Below, one piece after another: positions 59,026 to 64,000 of a DNA stretch of 64,000 bases (position 1 is its first letter; the number at the start of each line of letters is the position of its first letter). Source of the DNA: a virus. Below the pieces are notes generated by a model. The model searched no databases. It was not told the origin of the DNA and saw only the letters and a program-made list of their open reading frames with translations. A program made the position numbers and the translations under genes. The stretch spans positions 1 to 64,000 of IMG/VR virus record IMGVR_UViG_3300022747_000001. The stretch is one strand, 5' to 3'.

Positions 59026-59307
59026 TCAGTCCGCAGTCTTGTCAGCGGGGTTCGTCCAGAATGTCTCGATGGCGTGCTTGAACACCACGTAGACCTGATA
59101 GGTGCCGTCGTCAAAGTCCGTGCGCAGGGAGATCGTGTACTTGTCTGAGTGCTTGAGCGTGCCCTTCATCACTTCGCCCGAAAGCAAGGTCACATTGATG
59201 ATGGCGCCAGCTTGCTCGAGGGCCTTGAGGAATGCTTCATGGCCTTTTGGTGCGGCAGGTTTCTTCACGAATGGCTTGCGGGGTGTGAAGTGGGGTTGGT
59301 CAGACAT
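59026..59307 (-). CDS. Hfq-like Sm-fold protein, 93 aa
   Basis: Start set at MSDQPHF (RBS AAGGAG). FLKALEQAGAIINVTLLSGEVMKGTLKHSDKYTISL...YVVFKHAIETF parallels Hfq Sm1/Sm2, including KHAI. Confidence 0.6.
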   Translation of the reverse strand: MSDQPHFTPRKPFVKKPAAPKGHEAFLKALEQAGAIINVTLLSGEVMKGTLKHSDKYTISLRTDFDDGTYQVYVVFKHAIETFWTNPADKTAD

Positions 59308-59354
59308 AGATTCTCCTTGTAATGTCGATTGAAAATTTGAAACCGAAGACTTGC

Positions 59355-59376
59355 AGTATAGCTCACGGCTGACTGA
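59355..59376 (-). promoter_or_regulatory. operator copy immediately upstream of -10 TATACT
   Basis: Minus strand reads ATCAGTCAGCCGTGAGCTATACT. The TGA inside it is the stop of 59363-60115. Confidence 0.5.
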
Positions 59377-60115
59377 TTTCTGCACCACATTCGTCGATTG
59401 CCGCTTGAACTACCCGATGATCGAACGCCTGAAGCGCCCGCTCGATGCGAATCGCGTCTTCTATATAGAGCGCAGCGTGTAGACCATATTGGGGGTGCCG
59501 GCGCATGCCAAGCTGGGCGACGATGAAGTCTTCATAGGCGATCTGGTCGATGTGCCCGAAGAAGTTGCGCGACTTGTAGCGCTCGTCCTTGCAGAACTGA
59601 AGCCGTGCGGCGCACTCCTCTTCCCAGGCCATCATCACGTCCGTAATCATGTCTTGGTTGGCACCCAGGTGACTTGGGCGCGGGGGTTGCAACCAGCCGT
59701 TCAGAACGTGCCAGTCCATTGCGTGCCGTAGAAAGAAGTCGTAGCGCATCCCCAGCGAGTCGATCAGCTGCCGTAGGCGCCAAAAAGCCAGCTTCTCTTT
59801 GGATTGAAGCACGTCCAAGCCCTTGAATCCGCGCATGAATTTGCCGCTGCGGTCTTTCATGACCGACACGCAGTCCTGATAAGCGCGGTTGTAGCACTGC
59901 GCCAGGTAGTAGGTCGATTTGGTGGGGTGCATGCGCCGGTAGTCAAACCACTTGGTGCGCATGAGAGCCGCTTCCTTCTTGAGCAGCGAATCGGGAATAT
60001 GTTGAATCGCCAGCAGCTCCGCGTGCAGCAGGTTCAGGTCGTGCCCGTAGAAGTACCCCAGCCAGTCTGCGGGATGGGAAATTGGGGCCGGTGGCGTAAT
60101 CATTAAATCAGTCAT
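59363..60115 (-). CDS. hypothetical protein, 250 aa
   Basis: ORF track. Confidence 0.6.
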   Translation of the reverse strand: MTDLMITPPAPISHPADWLGYFYGHDLNLLHAELLAIQHIPDSLLKKEAALMRTKWFDYRRMHPTKSTYYLAQCYNRAYQDCVSVMKDRSGKFMRGFKGLDVLQSKEKLAFWRLRQLIDSLGMRYDFFLRHAMDWHVLNGWLQPPRPSHLGANQDMITDVMMAWEEECAARLQFCKDERYKSRNFFGHIDQIAYEDFIVAQLGMRRHPQYGLHAALYIEDAIRIERALQAFDHRVVQAAIDECGAEISQP

Positions 60116-60129
60116 TAGTGACCAGTATA
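60112..60129 (-). promoter_or_regulatory. -10 TATACT followed by operator variant
   Basis: Minus strand reads TATACTGGTCACTAATGA. Confidence 0.45.
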
Positions 60130-60139
60130 GATATAGAAG

Positions 60140-60167
60140 ATACGCGGGGCGAAAAATCCCCGCGTAT
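60140..60167 (-). terminator. hairpin after phoH (terminator-like)
   Basis: Stem atacgcgggg / ccccgcgtat, 8-nt loop. The downstream U-tract is weak. Confidence 0.5.
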
Positions 60168-60181
60168 TCCCCGCATTCAGA

Positions 60182-60949
60182 TCATTCGGTGCCGTCGTCG
60201 GTTTCGTAGGCTTCCACGATCTCTTGCACCAAGCCGGAGCGCACTACGTCTTCCTTGGTAAAGCGCACGCACTTGACGGACGGAATGTGCGACACCCGTT
60301 GGATGGCGTCCTGCAAGCCCGAAGTCCCGTGAATGTCTTTCTGACGGATGTCGCCGTTCACCACCACCTTGCAGTCATGGCCAATGCGGGTCAGGAACAG
60401 TTTCATCTGGTTCGGTGTGGTGTTCTGCGCCTCGTCCAAGATCACGAACGCCCGTTTGAAGGTGCGACCGCGCATGTACGCCAGCGGTGCTGCTTCGATC
60501 TTGCCGGTCTTGAGCAGGTACTCCACGAAGCTCTTGCCCAGGCGCTCGTTCAGCACGTCACGGAATGGTTGCAGGTAGGGGTCGAACTTCTCCTCGATCT
60601 CGCCTGGCAGAAAGCCCAGCGACTCCCCTGCTTCGACTGCGGGTCGGGTCACGATGATTCGGTCAATGACGCCTTCAGACAGGGCTTGCGCTGCCAATGC
60701 CGCGCACAACCAAGTCTTGCCCGTACCCGCTGGGCCGGTGGCAAAGACGAGTTCGAAGGTCTTGATGGCGCTAATGTAGCGATGCTGCGAGTCGTTCAGC
60801 GGCTCGATGGGGGAGCGATCGACTTTTTCGGTCTTTCGTGGCTCAAAGAAGTCGTCCTGAGTATGGAGGTTGTCACGTTCGATGAACGCACCCCCCTTTT
60901 TCGATTTGCGCTTGGCTGGAGCGGGAGGGGTGGTGCGGTGACGTGCCAT
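60182..60949 (-). CDS. phoH: PhoH-like ATPase, 255 aa
   Basis: Walker A GPAGTGKTW. VILDEAQN. Typical PhoH length and layout. Confidence 0.9.
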   Translation of the reverse strand: MARHRTTPPAPAKRKSKKGGAFIERDNLHTQDDFFEPRKTEKVDRSPIEPLNDSQHRYISAIKTFELVFATGPAGTGKTWLCAALAAQALSEGVIDRIIVTRPAVEAGESLGFLPGEIEEKFDPYLQPFRDVLNERLGKSFVEYLLKTGKIEAAPLAYMRGRTFKRAFVILDEAQNTTPNQMKLFLTRIGHDCKVVVNGDIRQKDIHGTSGLQDAIQRVSHIPSVKCVRFTKEDVVRSGLVQEIVEAYETDDGTE

Positions 60950-60997
60950 CAGGTTGCTGCTTTCAGAGAGTAAATCCTGGCCTCGAATATACCTCAG

Positions 60998-61011
60998 TCA
61001 TTCCTGACTTA
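60998..61011 (-). promoter_or_regulatory. operator-like motif copy
   Basis: Plus tcattcctgactta. The minus strand has CTTATATGGT upstream and GGTATATT downstream. Confidence 0.45.
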
Positions 61012-61021
61012 CCATATAAGT

Positions 61022-62353
61022 TCAGCGAATTCGTGCAGGGATTGATGCGTCAACCTCATGCGGTTCGCGGTGATACCACTTGCCGCCTGCCACTGCGAAG
61101 TCGGTGACGCTGATGTAGTCAAACGCGGTGGAGCGCGTGTGCGTGTCTACGTTGATGAGGGCAAAGCCATTGTGCCAACGCTCACCTTCACAGTAGGACG
61201 CGCTGCGACGATGACCCGAGCCGAGCTGGTGCCACTCGTAGGCGCCATAGATCGGGTTGAATTCGCTCCACACTTGATGCTTATGATGGTGTCCGTTCAC
61301 GCCTGGCAGACCCATGTTGCGGGCGTGCGGGAAGTGGTGACACAGCACGGTGTTGTAGTAGACCTTGTAGTTGGAAGCCAGCTCCCGTTCGAAGTCACGC
61401 TTGCTGAAGGCGGCCAAGTCAGCCTTGGCAATGTAGTTGATCTCGAACTTCTCCAGACCAAGCAGCTTGGCCACAGTGAAGCCGTGAAGGTCAGACAATA
61501 CGGCTCGCAGTGCAGGCGTAGCGTCAGCCAGTTGCCGCAACAGACGAGCTTCGTGATTGCCTTCGATGAAGTCGATTTGAGCGTCAGGGCACACATCACG
61601 CAGTGGGCCAAGAATCTTTTCGTGTGCGAACTTGATGCGCCCCACTACGTCCCACTCGCGTGGGTCGACGCCGTACTTGCCGAACTCAGGCAAGTCGAAG
61701 ATGTCGCCAACGAGAGAGATCACATCGGGCTGGACTCGCTGGGCCGTGTCGATGAGCACGCGCAGGTAAAAGGGGTCAATTTCAATGTCGTGCAGGTCAG
61801 AGCACGTCAGGATGGTCTTGAAACGGTTGTCATTATCACGCACGTACTTCTCAGCCCAGTCCGCACGCTCAATGTTCATGGCGCGGTAGTGGTCAACAGA
61901 AGCATGCTTGGCGATCGCACGCTCATGGGCGTGCTGCTGACGGGAGAGTTTGACTCCAGCCTGGCGCTTGAACTCTTCGAAGGTGCCGAAGTAGCGGTTC
62001 CAGGTGGACTCGGAGATGGCGCTGTGGTTGCGGAAGTAGTTGCGGGTGACGACCTTCTCGGTGTCGATCAGAGAGATGCGTTGCAGCTCCTCGATGCACT
62101 CTTCTGGCCCCCAGTGTTCCATGAACTTGGAAGCATCTTCAGAAAGCGGGTTCTCAGAGACACTGGCTCGTTGAATCAGCTTCGGCGAATGCGGGTCGGA
62201 TTTTCCCATCGTGCGAATGAAACCCGCCTTGTTGCGAACGGTCTTGATTGAAATGCCAAGCACCTTAGCCACGTCTGCGACCGAGGGGTATTTCTCCAGA
62301 TCGTTGTACGCCTCTACAAACTCTTCGATGTTGTGTTCTGATACTGCTGCCAT
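61022..62353 (-). CDS. HTH + calcineurin-type metallophosphoesterase fusion protein, 443 aa
   Basis: N-terminal VADVAKVLGISIKTVRNK HTH. Later CSDLHD, GDIFD, GNHE and GHHHKH phosphoesterase motifs. Confidence 0.75.
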   Translation of the reverse strand: MAAVSEHNIEEFVEAYNDLEKYPSVADVAKVLGISIKTVRNKAGFIRTMGKSDPHSPKLIQRASVSENPLSEDASKFMEHWGPEECIEELQRISLIDTEKVVTRNYFRNHSAISESTWNRYFGTFEEFKRQAGVKLSRQQHAHERAIAKHASVDHYRAMNIERADWAEKYVRDNDNRFKTILTCSDLHDIEIDPFYLRVLIDTAQRVQPDVISLVGDIFDLPEFGKYGVDPREWDVVGRIKFAHEKILGPLRDVCPDAQIDFIEGNHEARLLRQLADATPALRAVLSDLHGFTVAKLLGLEKFEINYIAKADLAAFSKRDFERELASNYKVYYNTVLCHHFPHARNMGLPGVNGHHHKHQVWSEFNPIYGAYEWHQLGSGHRRSASYCEGERWHNGFALINVDTHTRSTAFDYISVTDFAVAGGKWYHREPHEVDASIPARIR

Positions 62354-62371
62354 TTTTACTCCATTTGCTGC

Positions 62372-62965
62372 TTACACAATCATTGCCACCATGTCCGGTT
62401 GCATGTTCTTTTTAAACTCCGCGATGCGCTCTTGAAGAGCGAGTTTCGCCTTACCGTTGACTTCCAGAGTGATGTGATCCATATCGCTCTGGTCGGCCCA
62501 TTGATTGCACTTGTGAACGTCCCAGAACCAGCCGGCTGATAGCGCGGCATACTGGGGTGTTGACAGCAGACTGGGGTTGGCTACGAAATCGACACCGAGT
62601 CCGGTGCCGCACTTGCGGTAGTTTTCTTCCCATGTCAGTTGAATCAAGCCTCTGCCATGAAACCCATTGTAGAGTTTCGCACTGAGGGCTTTTGGGTTTT
62701 TGATGTACGGGGTCGCTTCAGCGGGTGATTTGAAAGCCCGTTTGAAGATTGATGCAAGTCGTTCGGGGCTGGAGTAAAACAAGCCCTCTTCCGTTGCGGT
62801 GAGCTTGGCCGATTCAACTTCGATGGTGGCCAAGAAAGCGGCGATGCGCTTGGGGGTGTTGATCTCGTAACGCACCATTGCCACCACCAGCGCATCGTAG
62901 AACTTGTCAGTGTTCGCCGATGTCGCTTCGCACGCCAGCTGGACGTACTTTTTGGTGGGAATCAT
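62372..62965 (-). CDS. GH19 (chitinase-like) endolysin, 197 aa
   Basis: GFHGRGLIQLTWEENY and SAGWFW are GH19 endolysin signatures. Confidence 0.85.
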   Translation of the reverse strand: MIPTKKYVQLACEATSANTDKFYDALVVAMVRYEINTPKRIAAFLATIEVESAKLTATEEGLFYSSPERLASIFKRAFKSPAEATPYIKNPKALSAKLYNGFHGRGLIQLTWEENYRKCGTGLGVDFVANPSLLSTPQYAALSAGWFWDVHKCNQWADQSDMDHITLEVNGKAKLALQERIAEFKKNMQPDMVAMIV

Positions 62966-63423
62966 TTACGCAGCTCGTTGTAGGCGTCGATGCAGGTGTT
63001 CAGTTGCCGGATGGCGTCGTCGCCGTCGATGGCGATGCCGATAAGTTGCTCCGCAGTCGAATCATCAAGTTCGGCTCGCGCTTCGTTGCGATCTCCGGTG
63101 GCAGGGGTGGAATCTGGGCTGGCTGGTACGGGACGCACGTTGACGTACAGGCGCTCAGTGCCAGCACGAACAGCGGCACGATATTTGTCATTCGCAGCTT
63201 TGGCATTGTCTTTCTCCTGTGCCAGTTGAGTTGCCAGATCATTGATCGTGGCGACGTGTTGTACTTCCTTCTTGCGCTCTACTTCGTTACGCTTGGCAAT
63301 TTCGACCTGCATGTCCAGATCGCGCTCGGCGAAGCCTTTGTGATGCCCAACAAAGTAGCTGGCCGCGATTGCGCACAGGCAAAGCACCCAGAGGTAGCGC
63401 TTGATGGTGTCGAGTGGATTCAT
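62962..63423 (-). CDS. Rz: i-spanin (Rz-like), 153 aa
   Basis: N-terminal TM helix, coiled-coil body, and C-terminal RLYVNV...DDAIRQLNTCIDAY as in the Phage_lysis/Rz family. Confidence 0.75.
   Translation of the reverse strand: MNPLDTIKRYLWVLCLCAIAASYFVGHHKGFAERDLDMQVEIAKRNEVERKKEVQHVATINDLATQLAQEKDNAKAANDKYRAAVRAGTERLYVNVRPVPASPDSTPATGDRNEARAELDDSTAEQLIGIAIDGDDAIRQLNTCIDAYNELRK
63000..63206 (-). CDS. Rz1: o-spanin (Rz1-like) lipoprotein embedded in Rz, about 68 aa
   Basis: +1-frame ORF inside Rz. MPKLRMTNIVPLFVLALSAC lipobox, then a Pro-rich mature part. Confidence 0.6.
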   Translation of the reverse strand: MPKLRMTNIVPLFVLALSACTSTCVPYQPAQIPPLPPEIATKREPNLMIRLRSNLSASPSTATTPSGN

Positions 63424-63863
63424 GCGTGCACGCGCTTTTTAGCGGGTGTCTTTTTGACCGGCACCTTCTTGGCGACAACCTTCTTGGCAGGCGTCTTCTT
63501 AGCGGGTTCGGTACGCTTTGCTGCCGTAGCTGCGAGAGCGGCTACAACGCTGGTTTGTGCAGCTTTGCGCGAGGCGGCAAACTCTTGATGCGCCATCCAC
63601 ATATACCCACCGCAGATGATGGCGACCGAGTAGTCCTTGAAGGCCCAGGTCGGCAGACCGAAGACTGTGCTTGTGGAGCCGGTCATCAGGAAGTGAACAC
63701 ACTCCACCCCTTGAGCCAACATTCCGATGGCCATGACGATCAGGCCGATCTTGTGCCATGAGGGGTAAAAGCGTTGATGTTCGCGGAACAGACCCAGGAC
63801 GATAACTGCAACGCCGATGATGTCGGCAATCAGTACGCTGGCGTACAGAAGTGTTTCTCGCAT
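63420..63863 (-). CDS. holin candidate, 147 aa, 3-4 TM with Lys-rich tail
   Basis: Hydrophobic helices followed by an AKKTPAKKVVAKKVPVKKTPAKK tail. First gene of the lysis block. ATGA overlap with Rz. Confidence 0.45.
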   Translation of the reverse strand: MRETLLYASVLIADIIGVAVIVLGLFREHQRFYPSWHKIGLIVMAIGMLAQGVECVHFLMTGSTSTVFGLPTWAFKDYSVAIICGGYMWMAHQEFAASRKAAQTSVVAALAATAAKRTEPAKKTPAKKVVAKKVPVKKTPAKKRVHA

Positions 63864-63872
63864 GACTTCTCC

Positions 63873-64000
63873 TTACTTGCGTGTAACTTTGCGGGGTGCG
63901 CGGGTGGCGCTGGCCTTTGGTTTAGCCGGCGTGCGACGACGAGCTTGTTTGACCTCGTGCGCAACTTCCAAGATGTCATCCGTCTCGCGGTGATCGAAGA
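63873..64000 (-). CDS. 3' end of a gene truncated by the window edge
   Basis: Hand translation of the open minus frame ends ...EVKQARRRTPAKPKASATRAPRKVTRK. Its TAA overlaps the RBS of the next gene. Confidence 0.35.
   Translation of the reverse strand, partial: FDHRETDDILEVAHEVKQARRRTPAKPKASATRAPRKVTRK

Noticed and set aside
63287-63761. Extra ORFs overlapping the holin candidate and Rz (63287-63478, 63414-63761 plus strand, 63499-63759).
   Set aside because: They lack an RBS and have biased composition. Only the embedded lipoprotein frame (Rz1, 63000-63206) has the expected signal peptide and lipobox.

Overview
The window is one contiguous stretch of a large, high-GC tailed-phage genome, either free or a prophage interior. 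It looks temperate: it carries a tyrosine integrase, an excisionase-like HTH protein and an XRE-type repressor. The host is probably proteobacterial, but that is a guess from composition. I call about 105 protein genes, all but two on the minus strand. They are tightly packed, with many ATGA/TAATG start-stop overlaps.

Layout:
- 0.3-1.9 kb: repeat-rich non-coding zone.
- 1.9-11 kb: small hypothetical early-type genes.
- 11-26 kb: small genes plus a metallophosphoesterase, DEDDh exonuclease, RNA ligase, P-loop kinase, MazG, ThyX and lipoproteins.
- 26.3-26.9 kb: array of five tRNAs (initiator-like Met, Asn, Pro, Thr, Leu), split by a 231-nt structured spacer.
- 27-49 kb: class II-type RNR, RuvC-like resolvase, HNH homing endonuclease, SbcCD, SleB-like hydrolase, RecA-like recombinase, flap endonuclease, gp32-like SSB, DnaE with a C-terminal UDG-like domain, a sigma factor, and a CobS/CobT-like AAA+/vWA pair.
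- 49-52 kb: immunity/integration module with a full tRNA-Cys.
- 52-64 kb: dNMP kinase, ATP-dependent ligase, WGR protein, primase, DnaB, Hfq-like protein, PhoH, HTH-phosphoesterase, and a lysis cassette (GH19 endolysin, Rz/Rz1, holin candidate).

The most striking non-genic signal is a strand-locked operator-like motif, TAAGTCAYnnnnTGA on the coding strand, present in more than 30 copies. It sits at promoters and at gene junctions, and the same motif surrounds the repressor gene.

All family names come from recognising motifs by eye. No database search, HMM or folding program was run.
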